A stretch of 64,000 bases of DNA, taken from NCBI GenBank assembly GCA_022600345.1, contig JAHZKP010000039.1, forward strand, positions 10,089 to 74,088, read 5' to 3'. The notes beneath the pieces were generated by a model. The model was not told the origin of the DNA. It searched no databases and saw only the letters and a program-made list of their open reading frames with translations. Source of the DNA: Alphaproteobacteria bacterium. Lineage in GTDB: Bacteria > Pseudomonadota > Alphaproteobacteria > Rhizobiales > Hyphomicrobiaceae. Of this stretch, positions 40,543 to 52,523 are shown piece after piece. The position numbers and the translations under genes were made by a program. The first letter of the stretch is position 1, and each line of letters begins with the position of its first letter.

Positions 40543-41421
40543 ATGGGACGGGCGGCGCCCGAGATTGATTTTGAATACTTGAGTGCTTGCGCTCCGGGTC
40601 TTGCCGGCGACCTGGCGTTTCGGTTGTTTTGCGTTCCAAGGTTTTCGGAATACCGAACCAGCGATCATGACGTACTTGTGCGCCGGGCGCGCCGTCATCT
40701 TGATGGTGCGAAATTCCAACGCGTGATGACGCATGTCGGCGAAGTGGCGACATACGAACTACTGCCCGATGGCGGTAAGGTTCGTGGGAGCATACTGGTC
40801 GTGCATGGGTGGACCAGCGAAGCTTCGTTCATGATGGCATTGGCCGAGCCGTTGCGGCGCAGCGGATTTCGCGTGCTACTTGCCGACTGCCCGGCGCATG
40901 GGCGCAGCCGGGGCGAGCAGACCAACCTGGTAGCGTGCGCGCAGGCCATGGTTGAAGTGGTCGGCCTGATGGGGCCGTTTGACGCGATCGTTGCACATTC
41001 GATGGGGTCGCTTGCCGCCGTTATGGCGGGGGCGGGGGAAGCGCCGTTGCCAAACGAGGTGAATTTCAAGCGGTACTGCTTGATCGCCCCTCCCAACAGG
41101 TTCGCCGAAGTAACGGGGCGGTTTTCAAACAGGTTGGGGGTTTCGCCGGCAGCGCGGCGGCAATTTGAGCGACAACTTGAGCGAATTGCGCACATGCCGA
41201 TGTCCCGGTTTCGCAGCGACCGGTTTTTGCGAATTGCAATGCGGCCGACGCTGGTGATTCATGACCGAGACGATCATGAGGTTCCGTTTCATAATGCCCA
41301 GGAGATGGTGGCAGCGCACGGGCAAGTGAAACTTGTCGCGTTCGAAGGGCTTGGTCACCGCAAAGTGCTTTATGCGCCGCCAGTGGTTCGCGCGGTCGTC
41401 GCGTTCATGCGGGAGATGTGA
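40543..41421 (+). CDS. Alpha/beta hydrolase
   Basis: VHGW, DCPAHG, AHSMG nucleophile, HDRDD and GLGH motifs. Confidence 0.85.
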   Translation: MGRAAPEIDFEYLSACAPGLAGDLAFRLFCVPRFSEYRTSDHDVLVRRARRHLDGAKFQRVMTHVGEVATYELLPDGGKVRGSILVVHGWTSEASFMMALAEPLRRSGFRVLLADCPAHGRSRGEQTNLVACAQAMVEVVGLMGPFDAIVAHSMGSLAAVMAGAGEAPLPNEVNFKRYCLIAPPNRFAEVTGRFSNRLGVSPAARRQFERQLERIAHMPMSRFRSDRFLRIAMRPTLVIHDRDDHEVPFHNAQEMVAAHGQVKLVAFEGLGHRKVLYAPPVVRAVVAFMREM

Positions 41422-41627
41422 ACGGGCGGGAGATTTGCACCGGCGCGCGCCAAATTGTTGCAGGGGATTGGGGGGTTGATTCATCGGTGCGGATCGTCGT
41501 TATCAGCTACTGATAGCGCGACGATGGACCGGGCAGTTCGCAAATTCTGCGGTTAAAGCTTATATCATCGCAATTGTCGCAAGCGGCGGCCAAGGCAAAG
41601 GCCCCCTGGTGCGGGCAAGCGATATGA

Positions 41628-42617
<990 letters not shown>

Positions 42618-42715
42618 GGACTATTTGTCGTGATCTGGCCCTACAACGGTCATTAGCTGGATCATGGGTTGTGGGGCGACCTGCAGCGGGACGTCTGGCA
42701 GGTGGTGGTGACGGT

Positions 42716-43606
42716 ATGGATTGGGACAAGCTACGCATCTTCCATGCCGCAGCAGAAGCTGGCAGCTTTACGCACGCGGGCGATGCGCTGCACCTGAGCC
42801 AGTCGGCGGTCAGCCGTCAGGTGGCAGCCTTGGAACGGGATCTCAAGCAGTCGCTGTTTCACCGCCATGCACGCGGGTTGGTTCTGACCGAGCAAGGGGA
42901 AATCCTCTATAACACCGTCGTAGAGGTGATGAACAAGCTGCAAACCGCTGAAATGCTGTTGGCTGATACATCAGAAAAGCCCACTGGAGAATTGCGGATA
43001 ACGGCGCCTTTAGGTCTGGGCACGGTCTGGGTGACCCAGCGGATCAGCGAATTCTCCGCGCTTTATCCCGACGTCAATGTCGAACTTATCCTGAACGACG
43101 ACCAACTCGATATCGCGATGCGGGTGGCCGATGTGGCGATCTGGACCGGGGAACCCGAACAGCCCGATCTGATCCGGCGGCGGCTGTTCAAGGTTCGCGT
43201 TCGGGTTTATGCATCGACTGGCTATGTCTGCAAGTTTGGCGCTCCGCAAACTCTGCAGGAACTCGACCGGCACAGGATCGTTTCCTACAGCGGCAGTCCT
43301 GCAGCACATCTCCAGCCCATCGTCTGGCTGGAAACGGCGGGGCGTGAAGGGGCTGATCCGCGAATCCCCGCATTCCGAGTCAACAGCGTGATTGCTCTTA
43401 AATATGCCATTCAGTCGGGCATCGGGATTGGCGTCCTTCCTGAATATATGACGGAGGACGAATCCGACTTGGTGCCACTGTTGGAGGATGTCGACGGTCC
43501 GTCGCTGGAAGTGTCTTTTGTCTATCCCGAAGAGCTTAAAACCGCCAAGAAGATCCATGTCCTGCGAGACTTCCTGCTCTCCAAGTCGCGGCAGTTCAGG
43601 TTGTGA
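42716..43606 (+). CDS. LysR-family regulator (LsrB/VtlR-like)
   Basis: MDWDKLRIFHAAAEAGSFTHAG...SQSAVSRQV; the trxB-linked position is conserved for LsrB/VtlR orthologues. Confidence 0.9.
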   Translation: MDWDKLRIFHAAAEAGSFTHAGDALHLSQSAVSRQVAALERDLKQSLFHRHARGLVLTEQGEILYNTVVEVMNKLQTAEMLLADTSEKPTGELRITAPLGLGTVWVTQRISEFSALYPDVNVELILNDDQLDIAMRVADVAIWTGEPEQPDLIRRRLFKVRVRVYASTGYVCKFGAPQTLQELDRHRIVSYSGSPAAHLQPIVWLETAGREGADPRIPAFRVNSVIALKYAIQSGIGIGVLPEYMTEDESDLVPLLEDVDGPSLEVSFVYPEELKTAKKIHVLRDFLLSKSRQFRL

Positions 43607-43803
43607 GGCGGGCGAATCGAGAGGGGCAGTAGCTGTTTTGGTGTGCAGCGTGCGCCAGGGCAGTGCTTGATTGCCTGATCAATTGCGGTTCGGGCCGCGA
43701 TTGGCTATCTAAACAGCAACGCAGTGGTGTTCCAGCTTAAAAAGTCTCACCAGCCTGGCGCGCTCCAACATCTAGTCTTCATAAAACCGAACAGAAAATC
43801 CTC

Positions 43804-45216
43804 ATGGCAAAGACGCTTTACGACAAGATCTTCGACGACCATACGGTCGACAGAAAAGACGATGGCACCTGCATCCTTTATATCGACCGTCACCTGATTC
43901 ACGAGGTGACCAGCCCGCAGGCTTTTGAGGGTCTTCGCACGGCGGGGCGGGGCGTGCGCGCACCCGGTAAAACGCTGGCAGTGGTCGATCACAACGTGCC
44001 GACAACTGACCGCTCGCAGGGAATCGACGACCCGCAGAGCGCGTTGCAGGTTGAAACGCTTGCCAAGAATGCTGCCGAGTTCGGCATTGAATACTTCAAT
44101 GAACTGGATAAGCGCCAGGGAATTGTGCACGTCGTCGGCCCCGAGCAGGGCTTCACGCTTCCCGGGACCACGATTGTGTGCGGGGATAGCCATACTTCGA
44201 CGCACGGTGCGTTCGGCGCATTGGCGCATGGCATTGGCACGTCGGAAGTCGAGCACGTCCTGGCGACGCAAACACTCGTGCAGCAAAAAGCCAAGAACAT
44301 GCGCGTCAACGTCGAGGGCAAATTGCCTGAAGGCGTGACGGCGAAAGACATCATCCTGGCGATCATCGGCGAGATCGGCACTGCGGGCGGCACCGGCTAC
44401 GTGATCGAGTATGCCGGCGAAGCGATCCGGGACCTGTCGATGGAAGGCCGGATGACGGTCTGCAACATGACCATCGAGGGCGGCGCGCGCGCTGGCATGA
44501 TTGCGCCTGATGAAAAGACCTTCGAGTTCATCAAGGGCCGGCCCCGGGCTCCCAAGGGAGCGGCCTGGGACATGGCGATGAAGTATTGGGAAACCCTGAA
44601 GAGCGATGAGGGCGCGCATTTCGATCGCGAGATCAATCTCGATGCGGCTTCGCTTCCACCCATCGTGACCTGGGGAACGTCTCCTGAGGACGTTATTGCG
44701 GTGACCGGCGTCGTGCCCGATCCGGCCGATCTGGAGGATGCCAACAAGAAGGCCTCAATGGAGCGGGCGCTGGGGTATATGGGTTTGACGCCGGGGACCA
44801 AAATTACCGATATTCCGCTTGATGTCGTTTGGATTGGATCGTGCACCAATGGGCGGATCGAGGATCTCAGGGCGGTTGCCGGTGTCGTCAAGGGCCACAA
44901 GGTTTCGGAACGTCTTGACTATGCGATGATCGTTCCAGGCTCGGGGCTGGTTAAAGAGCAAGCCGAGGCGGAGGGACTGGATAAGATCTTCATCGAGGCC
45001 GGTTTCCAATGGCGCGAACCAGGCTGCTCGATGTGCCTTGGTATGAACCCCGACCAGCTAACCCCGGAACAACGATGCGCGTCGACTTCGAACCGCAACT
45101 TCGAGGGCCGTCAGGGCTATAAGGGCCGCACGCATCTGGTGTCGCCTGTGATGGCGGCGGCGGCAGCGCTTGAAGGTCACTTCGTCGATTTCCGGAACTG
45201 GTCTCCCAAGGCCTGA
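43804..45216 (+). CDS. leuC: 3-isopropylmalate dehydratase large subunit
   Basis: [28 protein letters not shown] and CSMCLGMN motifs. Confidence 0.97.
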   Translation: MAKTLYDKIFDDHTVDRKDDGTCILYIDRHLIHEVTSPQAFEGLRTAGRGVRAPGKTLAVVDHNVPTTDRSQGIDDPQSALQVETLAKNAAEFGIEYFNELDKRQGIVHVVGPEQGFTLPGTTIVCGDSHTSTHGAFGALAHGIGTSEVEHVLATQTLVQQKAKNMRVNVEGKLPEGVTAKDIILAIIGEIGTAGGTGYVIEYAGEAIRDLSMEGRMTVCNMTIEGGARAGMIAPDEKTFEFIKGRPRAPKGAAWDMAMKYWETLKSDEGAHFDREINLDAASLPPIVTWGTSPEDVIAVTGVVPDPADLEDANKKASMERALGYMGLTPGTKITDIPLDVVWIGSCTNGRIEDLRAVAGVVKGHKVSERLDYAMIVPGSGLVKEQAEAEGLDKIFIEAGFQWREPGCSMCLGMNPDQLTPEQRCASTSNRNFEGRQGYKGRTHLVSPVMAAAAALEGHFVDFRNWSPKA

Positions 45217-45404
45217 TTTAAGAAGGTGCAGGCCAGTGTTCCGGTTCAGACATTTGCTGCCCGTTGCGGCGCTGTAGAGAGCAAATGTTTGAACCAACAG
45301 GAACACTAGCAGCTCTAGTGTAGCTTTCTCATCTGACGTTTGATTGAGAGGCGAGCTGCAAGTGGAGATCAAACGTCAGACGGGCTACACTAGGAGTCGT
45401 CGGC

Positions 45405-45791
45405 ATGGCGCAAGGCCCAATCGATTTCGACAAGCTGGAGCGTGACGGCGTTCCGTTCGCCAGTGTGCCTGCAGGTGAAAAGGTTTTCCTGCAGGACGAA
45501 GCTGGCGGCACGATGTATCTGGTGCGCTCGGGCTCGGTTGATATCCTGATGTTCGGACGCGTGCTTGAGACGGTTGGGGCGGACGGGGTTTTCGGTGAAA
45601 TGTCGCTGATCGACCAGTCGCCTCGAAGCGCCGCGGCGTTGGCTGCGACGAACGCCGAGGTCGCAATCCTCGACCGGCAAGCGTTCTTGAAGCTGGTTCA
45701 GTCCGACCCGGCGTTTTCGCTTTATGTGCTTGAGATCATGGCGCAGAGATTGCGGCGGCTGGATATAGCGCTGGCGGAAAAGGACGCGTGA
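45405..45791 (+). CDS. Cyclic-nucleotide-binding domain protein (stand-alone)
   Basis: GEKVFLQDE...MYLVRSGSVDI...FGEMSLIDQSPRSAAA phosphate-binding cassette. Confidence 0.88.
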   Translation: MAQGPIDFDKLERDGVPFASVPAGEKVFLQDEAGGTMYLVRSGSVDILMFGRVLETVGADGVFGEMSLIDQSPRSAAALAATNAEVAILDRQAFLKLVQSDPAFSLYVLEIMAQRLRRLDIALAEKDA

Positions 45792-45872
45792 GGTTGATGC
45801 GATCGGCTTGCAGGCACTGATTGCCGCCTGGATCGACCAACAAACCAACGGTTCTGGAGGCGAGCGGCTGGC

Positions 45873-46559
45873 TCAGGGTACCAGCTTATAGCCGCCAGTT
45901 TCGGTCACCAGGAGTTCGGCATTCGAGGGGTCTTTTTCGATCTTCTGGCGTAAGCGATAGATGTGGGTTTCCAGCGTGTGGGTGGTGACGCCGGCGTTAT
46001 AGCCCCAGACCTCGTGCAGCAGCACGTCGCGGGTGATCACCTTCTCACCGGAGCGATACAGGAATTTCAGGATCGAGGTTTCCTTCTCGGTGAGCCTGAT
46101 CTTGGAGCCCTTTTCGTCGACCAGCAATTTTGATGCGGGCTTGAATGTGTAGTGGCCTATGGTGAAGACGGCGTCTTCGCTTTGCTCATGCTGGCGGAGC
46201 TGGGCACGGATCCGGGCGAGTAGGACGGCGAACTTGAAGGGTTTGGTGACGTAGTCGTTGGCGCCGGCATCCAGGCCCAGGATCTGGTCGGCATCTGAAT
46301 CGTTTGCAGTCAGCATGATGACCGGGCTCTTGAAGCCGGTCTTGCGCAACAGCTTAACGGCTTCGCGGCCATCCATGTCGGGCAGGCCGACATCGAACAG
46401 CACGAGGTCATGATGCTCCGCTTTGGCCGTTTCGACACCAGTGGTAGCAGTGTTGGCAACCGTAACGTCGAATTCTTCGTGCAGTGCCAGTTGGTCTCTC
46501 AGTGAATCGCGCAGGTCGTCGTCGTCATCGACAATGAGGATTTTGCGGACATTGCTCAT
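45873..46559 (-). CDS. OmpR-family response regulator
   Basis: ILIVDDD, DVGLPDMDG, YVTKPF and wHTH THTLETHIYRLRQKIE. Confidence 0.93.
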   Translation of the reverse strand: MSNVRKILIVDDDDDLRDSLRDQLALHEEFDVTVANTATTGVETAKAEHHDLVLFDVGLPDMDGREAVKLLRKTGFKSPVIMLTANDSDADQILGLDAGANDYVTKPFKFAVLLARIRAQLRQHEQSEDAVFTIGHYTFKPASKLLVDEKGSKIRLTEKETSILKFLYRSGEKVITRDVLLHEVWGYNAGVTTHTLETHIYRLRQKIEKDPSNAELLVTETGGYKLVP

Positions 46560-46850
46560 ATGGTCGTCGCTCCGGAGATTTCCTGGTCATATTCGAGGAG
46601 TGTTTTCTACCACGGCTTGTGGCGAACACCATAGCGTTAGAAGCGGTTAAGACTTCTTTGGCGGTATTGACCCGGCTTGCTTTTGGTAAAATTGGTGAAC
46701 ATTGCCGGTGAGGGCACTTTTGCGGGCGACGGCGCAAGGCGATCGCGCTATCGGCTCTGAATGCAGTTTGGCGTTTGTGGTGGCGCTTGTAGCGGACGAA
46801 GGGGGTGTGACGTGTTTTTGCCAAACCGGGTGCCGACAACAACAAACAGT

Positions 46851-47396
46851 ATGCGCACGCGATTACAATTAATCGTTACGGCAAGGCCGGGATCGCGGAC
46901 TGAGGGCATTCTTCGGGTTGGCCATCTGATCTTGCGTTGTGCGCTGGGCCGCTCGGGAATTCGCGCCTTGAAAAAAGAGGGTGATGGGGCGAGCCCGCGG
47001 GGCGTTTTTCCGGTTCGAAATGGGTATTTCCGGGCGGACAGGATTTATCCAAGGCCGAGCGCAAAAATCGTGATGCGGTGTTTGCGGCGGGATGACGGCT
47101 GGTGCGATGGCCCTTTGGACCGCAACTACAACCGGTGGGTACGACATCCCTATAACACCAGCGCGGAGCGGTTATGGCGCAAGGATCATCTCTATGATGT
47201 GGTGATTGTTGTCGGATATAACGACATGCCGCGCTCGATGGGGAAGGGTAGTGCGATCTTTATACATCTGGCGCGGGAACGGGAAGGGCAGGAAGGCTTT
47301 GAGCCTACCGAGGGATGCATCGCCTTTCGGGAACGGGATCTGAAGCGGCTGATGGCTTATTTGCGGCCAGGGATGCGGGTGCGGATCGGGGTTTGA
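46851..47396 (+). CDS. L,D-transpeptidase-like (YkuD) protein
   Basis: CALGRSG...KKEGDGASPRG, GSAIFIH...PTEGC (His/Cys catalytic motif). Confidence 0.85.
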   Translation: MRTRLQLIVTARPGSRTEGILRVGHLILRCALGRSGIRALKKEGDGASPRGVFPVRNGYFRADRIYPRPSAKIVMRCLRRDDGWCDGPLDRNYNRWVRHPYNTSAERLWRKDHLYDVVIVVGYNDMPRSMGKGSAIFIHLAREREGQEGFEPTEGCIAFRERDLKRLMAYLRPGMRVRIGV

Positions 47397-47431
47397 CTGC
47401 TGGGGAGCGAGCCGGCGGGACATGCAAATAT

Positions 47432-47471
47432 AAAAACGGCCCGTCGCCATTTTGGGGCTGCGGGCCGTCTT
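47432..47471. terminator. Probable bidirectional terminator
   Basis: AAAAACGGCCCG...CGGGCCGTCTT between convergent genes. Confidence 0.6.
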
Positions 47472-47511
47472 AATTGATTATTGAGTGTGCGAGGAGTAGC
47501 GGATCTGAAGG

Positions 47512-48213
47512 TTATTCAGACTTGCCCTCTTCTTCCTTTGCGGCTTCAGCGGCCTTGGCTGCTTCTTCGGCTTCGGCCTCGGCGGCTGCTTCTGCTGCGG
47601 CGGCATCGGCGATCAGGCGTTGAGCCTGCCCGACCCAATCTTGTTTTTCGATTTGGCCGTCAAGCTGCAGGAATTCGTCGACGTTGGTGATGTCGTCGTC
47701 GGAGAAGTTGGCGATCTGTTCGAGTTTGACGCAGTTGACCTGCTTCAAACGCAGCAACAGTTCGTCGCCGATACCGTTGATCTGGCTGAGGTCGTCGGGC
47801 TGGCCCTTCTGCTTCTTGAAGCCTTTCCAGGCTGCATTCAGGCGACGTGCGCGAGCATCCGTGCGCTCTGCGATACGGGCCGAGCGACCACGGCGGCCTC
47901 TGAGATAGTAAAGTTTCGCGCGGCGAACACGACCACGGCGGACAACGTCGATAGAGGCGATGAGCGGAGAATAAATCGGGAAGACGCGCTCGACGCCTTC
48001 ACCGTAGGAAATCTTGCGGACTGTGAAGCTCTCGTTCAATCCGCCGCCGGCGCGTGCGATCACAACGCCTTCGTAGGCCTGGAGGCGCTCGGTCTTGCCT
48101 TCGATCACTTTAACCATGACCTTGACCGTGTCGCCGGGTCCGAATTCTGGAACGCCGCGTTTGGCTGAAATGGCGCGCATTTGCTCGTTTTCGAGCTGCT
48201 CGATGATGTTCAT
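47512..48213 (-). CDS. rplS: 50S ribosomal protein L19 with a C-terminal HhH-like domain
   Basis: PEFGPGDTV...YEGVVIAR...[18 protein letters not shown]...RAKLYYLR, plus about 110 extra C-terminal residues. Confidence 0.95.
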   Translation of the reverse strand: MNIIEQLENEQMRAISAKRGVPEFGPGDTVKVMVKVIEGKTERLQAYEGVVIARAGGGLNESFTVRKISYGEGVERVFPIYSPLIASIDVVRRGRVRRAKLYYLRGRRGRSARIAERTDARARRLNAAWKGFKKQKGQPDDLSQINGIGDELLLRLKQVNCVKLEQIANFSDDDITNVDEFLQLDGQIEKQDWVGQAQRLIADAAAAEAAAEAEAEEAAKAAEAAKEEEGKSE

Positions 48214-48406
48214 TTTTGCTTGTCCTTGAAGTGTCATCAAATAGCAGAGGATCGCTGCCGCTGGCCCCTGTTGGTCGGGACGGGCATCGTTCATGCGACC
48301 CGTGCATGGGCCATGTCCGGGCGATGTCCGGGAAAACTTGCAGGCTCATTACCCCAAATCGGGGTCCATGTCGATATGTGAATGGGGCCAAATCAGCGGT
48401 GTGCGG

Positions 48407-49144
48407 CTACTTTTCGCGCGGTTTGGAGGCGATCAGATCTGGGCGGCGGGCCCGCGTCAGCTCGGTGGAGCGATGGTGGCGCCATTTGGCAATGCGGCCG
48501 TGATCGCCAGAAAGCAGAACATCGGGGATCGGATGGCCTTCCCATTGGCGCGGTCGGGTGTACTGGGGATATTCCAACAGACCGTTCTCGAAGCTTTCAT
48601 GCTCAAGGCTTTCTGAGCCGCCCAGAACGCCCGGTAACAGGCGGACACAGGCATCGATGAGGACCATTGCGGCCAATTCACCGCCTGAAAGCACGTAATC
48701 GCCGATTGATACTTCCTGGAAGTTGCGGGCTTCACGGACGCGTTCGTCAACGCCTTCAAAGCGGCCTGCAAGCATTAGTGCGCCGGGGCCAGCGGCCAGT
48801 TCGCGGGCGAATTCTTGCGTCAGAGGCCGGCCGCGGGGCGATAGATAGATGCGCGGGATGTCTGCCCGGCCGGCGCTGGACGAGCTGGCATGATCGACGG
48901 CGGCGGCGACGATGTCGGCGCGCAGGACCATACCGGCCCCGCCGCCAGCGGGTGTATCGTCGACCTGGCGATGGCGGCCTTCGCCGAATTCGCGCAAGGG
49001 GATCGATTGAAGCGACCACAGGCCCGTTTCAAGCGCCTGGCCGGTGAGGGATACGCCAAGCGGACCGGGAAACATCTCCGGGAAAAGTGTGATCACGGTC
49101 GCCTGCCAGGGCTGGCTGCCGTCTGGTTTTGGTGTGTGGGGCAC
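48407..49144 (-). CDS. trmD: tRNA (guanine-N1)-methyltransferase
   Basis: [29 protein letters not shown] and [11 protein letters not shown] motifs. Confidence 0.96.
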   Translation of the reverse strand: MPHTPKPDGSQPWQATVITLFPEMFPGPLGVSLTGQALETGLWSLQSIPLREFGEGRHRQVDDTPAGGGAGMVLRADIVAAAVDHASSSSAGRADIPRIYLSPRGRPLTQEFARELAAGPGALMLAGRFEGVDERVREARNFQEVSIGDYVLSGGELAAMVLIDACVRLLPGVLGGSESLEHESFENGLLEYPQYTRPRQWEGHPIPDVLLSGDHGRIAKWRHHRSTELTRARRPDLIASKPREK

Positions 49145-49168
49145 TTTTGCGGCCTTAAGTAGCGCCTG

Positions 49169-49456
49169 TTAAACGCCTTCGACAACGACGATGTCGATGG
49201 TGCCTGCGCCTTGGCGAAGGGCTTTGGCTTCGGCGTACTCTGGCGATTTGGCGTAACCAAGTGCTGCTTCATAGCTGGGGAATTCGAGGACGACGTTGCG
49301 CGCTACGCCGTTGCCTTCGATGACTTCGTGTTTGCCACCACGCACAATCGGCGTGCCGCCAAACTTATCCAGCGCGACTTGCGTCTTGGCAGCATAGCGG
49401 CCCCAGGCTTCCGGGTCGGTGACGACGGCGTGGGCGATAACGTATCCCTTGGGCAT
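49169..49456 (-). CDS. DUF1330 family protein
   Basis: MPKGYVIA...FGG..IVRGG...EG...RNVVLEFPSYEAA...SPEY pattern. Confidence 0.85.
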   Translation of the reverse strand: MPKGYVIAHAVVTDPEAWGRYAAKTQVALDKFGGTPIVRGGKHEVIEGNGVARNVVLEFPSYEAALGYAKSPEYAEAKALRQGAGTIDIVVVEGV

Positions 49457-49498
49457 TGAGGTGGTCCTTCGGTTTTCTGGCGATGGGAATTTCGAATT

Positions 49499-50230
49499 TC
49501 AGGCTTCTGCGATCTGGCGTGTGAAGGTGGCTGCCGCAGCTCTTGGATCGCTCGCCTGATTGATGGGGCGGCCAACGACGATGTAGTCGGCCCCTGAGGC
49601 GATTGCCCGTTGGGGTGTCATGACGCGCTGTTGGTCGCCAGCATCTCCACCGGGAAGGCGGATGCCGGGCGTTACAATGCGGAAGCCGGGACCGGTTGCA
49701 GCCCGGATGGCTGCAGCCTCCTGCCCGGAAGATATAACACCGGCAAAGCCCGCCTGCCTGGCCATTTTGGCGCGGTACAACACCAGATCGGCAGGCGTGG
49801 TTGCGATTTGGCTTGAGATGCCCTGCTGTTTGATATCGGCAGCATCGAGGCTGGTCAGTACGGTGACAGCAAGCAATTGCAGGTCACTGCCTTTAGCGCC
49901 GGCAACGGCTGCCGTCATGGTCTTCAGGTCGTGGCCGTGAACGGTCAGGAAGGATGCGCCCAATTCGGCGACGCGGGCCACCGAGCGCTCAACGGTGTTG
50001 GAGATGTCGAGGATCTTGGCGTCGAGGAAGACCTTGTTGCCGCTTTCGATCAGTTCGCCGACGAGGCTGAGGCCGTTGTTGGCGCCAGTGCCGCTAAGGA
50101 TTAATTCGAGCCCGACCTTATAGAACGTGACCTCGTCACCCAACTGGGCGACGAGGGTTCTGGCATCGTCGACGGATGGCACATCAAGGGCGACAATCAG
50201 CCGGTCGCGCGGTTCAAGCGGTTTGCTCAT
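49499..50230 (-). CDS. pyrF: Orotidine-5'-phosphate decarboxylase
   Basis: LIVALD, KVGLEL, DAKILDISNTV, VTPGIR and YIVVGRPI motifs. Confidence 0.95.
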   Translation of the reverse strand: MSKPLEPRDRLIVALDVPSVDDARTLVAQLGDEVTFYKVGLELILSGTGANNGLSLVGELIESGNKVFLDAKILDISNTVERSVARVAELGASFLTVHGHDLKTMTAAVAGAKGSDLQLLAVTVLTSLDAADIKQQGISSQIATTPADLVLYRAKMARQAGFAGVISSGQEAAAIRAATGPGFRIVTPGIRLPGGDAGDQQRVMTPQRAIASGADYIVVGRPINQASDPRAAAATFTRQIAEA

Positions 50231-50270
50231 CTGTGTTGCTCATCACGCAAGTGCCCCGGAAGGAGCACGT

Positions 50271-51269
50271 TCAGCCGGTGACGCCTTTTGTTTTTGCCAG
50301 TTCGGCTAGAGCGACCTCCGGGCGGGCCCCCATATGGCTGATGACTTCGGAGGCGGCGATGCTACCCAGGCGGCCTGCGGTTTGCAGGTCATGGCCGTTG
50401 GAAATGCCATAAAGGAAGCCGGCGGCGTAGAGATCGCCGGCACCCGTTGTGTCGACCAGTTCGGAGACGGGATCGACGGGCACCTCAATGCGCTCGCCTT
50501 TTGAGATGATAACCGAGCCCTTGGCGCTGCGGGTCAGGGCCGCCAGTTCGGTATCGGCCAGCGCGCGGGTGGCGGCTGCTTCGAAGTCGTCGGTTTCGTA
50601 AAGCGATTTGATCTCGTCTTCGTTGGCAAACAGGATGTCGATGCCATCGCGGATCAGCTCGACGAACTCGCCACGGTGGCGGTCGACGCAGAAGCCATCC
50701 GACAAGGTGAGCGCGACTTTGCGGCCAGCGCCCTTGGCGATCGAGACAGCTTGGCGGAAAGCTGCCTTGGCGTCTGGGCGGTCGAACAGGTAGCCTTCCA
50801 GGTAGACGATCTTGGCAGCCTTGATGGCGTCGGGATCAACCTCGCCGTCATCAATGTCGGTGGAGATGCCAAGATATGTGCTCATGGTGCGTTCGCCATC
50901 GGGTGTGACAAGCACCAGGCAGCGCGAGGTCGGGTCCTTGCCATCGACGGCCTTGGAATTGAAGTCGACGCCCGCCGCGCGGATATCGTGGGCGAACACC
51001 TTGCCGAAGTCATCGCCGGCGACCTTGCCAATAAACGCGCCCTTGCCGCCAAACGAAGACACGCCGACGAGCGTATTGGCAGCCGAACCGCCCGAGATTT
51101 CGACTGCCGGGCCCATGTCGGCATAAATCTGGCTGATGGTGTCGGCATCGACGAGGCGCATATGGCCCTTGGGGGCGTCGTGCTTGGCCAGGAAGTCTTC
51201 ATCGCATCGGCCGATAATGTCGACGATTGCGTTGCCGATTCCAATCACGTCGTAGCGGGTGTCGTTCAT
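50271..51269 (-). CDS. PfkB-family carbohydrate kinase (adenosine-kinase-like)
   Basis: GNAIVD, GGSAAN, ERTM and DTTGAGDLYAAGFL motifs. Confidence 0.9.
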   Translation of the reverse strand: MNDTRYDVIGIGNAIVDIIGRCDEDFLAKHDAPKGHMRLVDADTISQIYADMGPAVEISGGSAANTLVGVSSFGGKGAFIGKVAGDDFGKVFAHDIRAAGVDFNSKAVDGKDPTSRCLVLVTPDGERTMSTYLGISTDIDDGEVDPDAIKAAKIVYLEGYLFDRPDAKAAFRQAVSIAKGAGRKVALTLSDGFCVDRHRGEFVELIRDGIDILFANEDEIKSLYETDDFEAAATRALADTELAALTRSAKGSVIISKGERIEVPVDPVSELVDTTGAGDLYAAGFLYGISNGHDLQTAGRLGSIAASEVISHMGARPEVALAELAKTKGVTG

Positions 51270-51483
51270 GCCGTCTCCTGTTTGCCGGGCTGGCAGAGTG
51301 TGGTGCGCCGGGCTCAATTCTGTTGTTCATGATTTTGAGATTTGGCGGCACTATAGGGATCGCTGGCTTGAGGGCAAGCGAGTGGTTTTTTTCATTGGCC
51401 CAATACTCGGTAAACCGGCGTTGGCGGCAGGCGACGAAATATGGCTATTGGGTGGCGGGTCGTTGCTGCCGAAACTCACGGAG

Positions 51484-52503
51484 TTAGCGCGCAAGGCGCG
51501 ACAGGGCGAGAATCAACCGTTCGGTGATGAGATCGTCGCGGGCGCCGGTTCGCCGGGCATTCCTGGCGGCAATACCGATTTCCTGATGCGCCCGGTTGAG
51601 GTCTGGTAAGGACCACTTGCGGATCTGGGCTGTCACGGCATTCTTCTGTTTGAAATGAATCGGTGGGCGGATGCTTTTCAAGGCGTCTGCGACCTGGCGG
51701 CCGGCTGAGACTTCAGCCTGGATCCTATGCAAACGCATGAAGTGGCGCTGCAAGGACAGGATGATCATCTGTGCGCTCTCGCCGGCAAGCAGGGCGCGGG
51801 AGAGCTCGCGGACGGCGGTTGCTGTATCGCCACCCGATGCGGCGTTGACGATCCGGTCGATATTGAGTTCGGACGCATCAGAGATAATGGCCTCGACGTC
51901 TGCCAGTTCGATGCGCGGGCGGCCTGTGCAGTACAAGACCAGCTTGGCGATTTCGCCACGCGATAGTGCGCGGTCGGCCCCCAGATGGGCGACCAGATAT
52001 TCGCGGGCTTCAGGTGCGATTTTCAACCCGGCGGCCTTGACCTCATCGTCGACGAGGGCTGTCAGGTCGCGGCCTTCGTCGGGGTAACAGGCGATGGCGG
52101 CGGCGTGCTTGGCTTTTTCGAAAACGCTGCGCAGGGAGTCTGTTGGTTTGAGGTTGCCGCCTTCGACGACCAGGATGCCGGGAAGCGGGCCGGGAGCGAC
52201 GATGTCCTTGAGCAGTTTGGCGTTGAGGCGGCGGCCTGTGGTTGCCAGAATGACTTTGCGGCCGCCGAACATGGGCACCGTCATGAGTTCGATTGAAAGC
52301 CGGTCGGGGTTCTGCTCCAGGTCGGCATCGTCGATGCGGACGATTTCGGAGGGTGGATCTTCCAGATTGGCCCAGCATTTTGCTGCCGCTCGGGCGCGTT
52401 CGGACACCATTCCGGCGTCCGGGCCATAGGTGAGAATTGCAGAGATGTTGGCGTTCGCGGTTTTCAGAAATCGGGCGGCTTCATGATTTTTTATCGCGAC
52501 CAT
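51484..52503 (-). CDS. holA: DNA polymerase III delta subunit
   Basis: LTYGPDAGMVSER, MFGG, ACY, LGADRALSRGEIAKL and PPIHFK motifs; follows lptE. Confidence 0.92.
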   Translation of the reverse strand: MVAIKNHEAARFLKTANANISAILTYGPDAGMVSERARAAAKCWANLEDPPSEIVRIDDADLEQNPDRLSIELMTVPMFGGRKVILATTGRRLNAKLLKDIVAPGPLPGILVVEGGNLKPTDSLRSVFEKAKHAAAIACYPDEGRDLTALVDDEVKAAGLKIAPEAREYLVAHLGADRALSRGEIAKLVLYCTGRPRIELADVEAIISDASELNIDRIVNAASGGDTATAVRELSRALLAGESAQMIILSLQRHFMRLHRIQAEVSAGRQVADALKSIRPPIHFKQKNAVTAQIRKWSLPDLNRAHQEIGIAARNARRTGARDDLITERLILALSRLAR

Positions 52504-52523
52504 TGTGGTTCAGCCGATTTGGC

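Noticed and set aside
43747-44619. 290-aa minus-strand ORF
   Set aside because: Antisense shadow of leuC.
45405-47396. cNMP-binding protein / response regulator / L,D-transpeptidase trio as a novel signalling system
   Set aside because: As I recall, this arrangement is a widespread conserved alphaproteobacterial cluster; nothing unusual is seen here.
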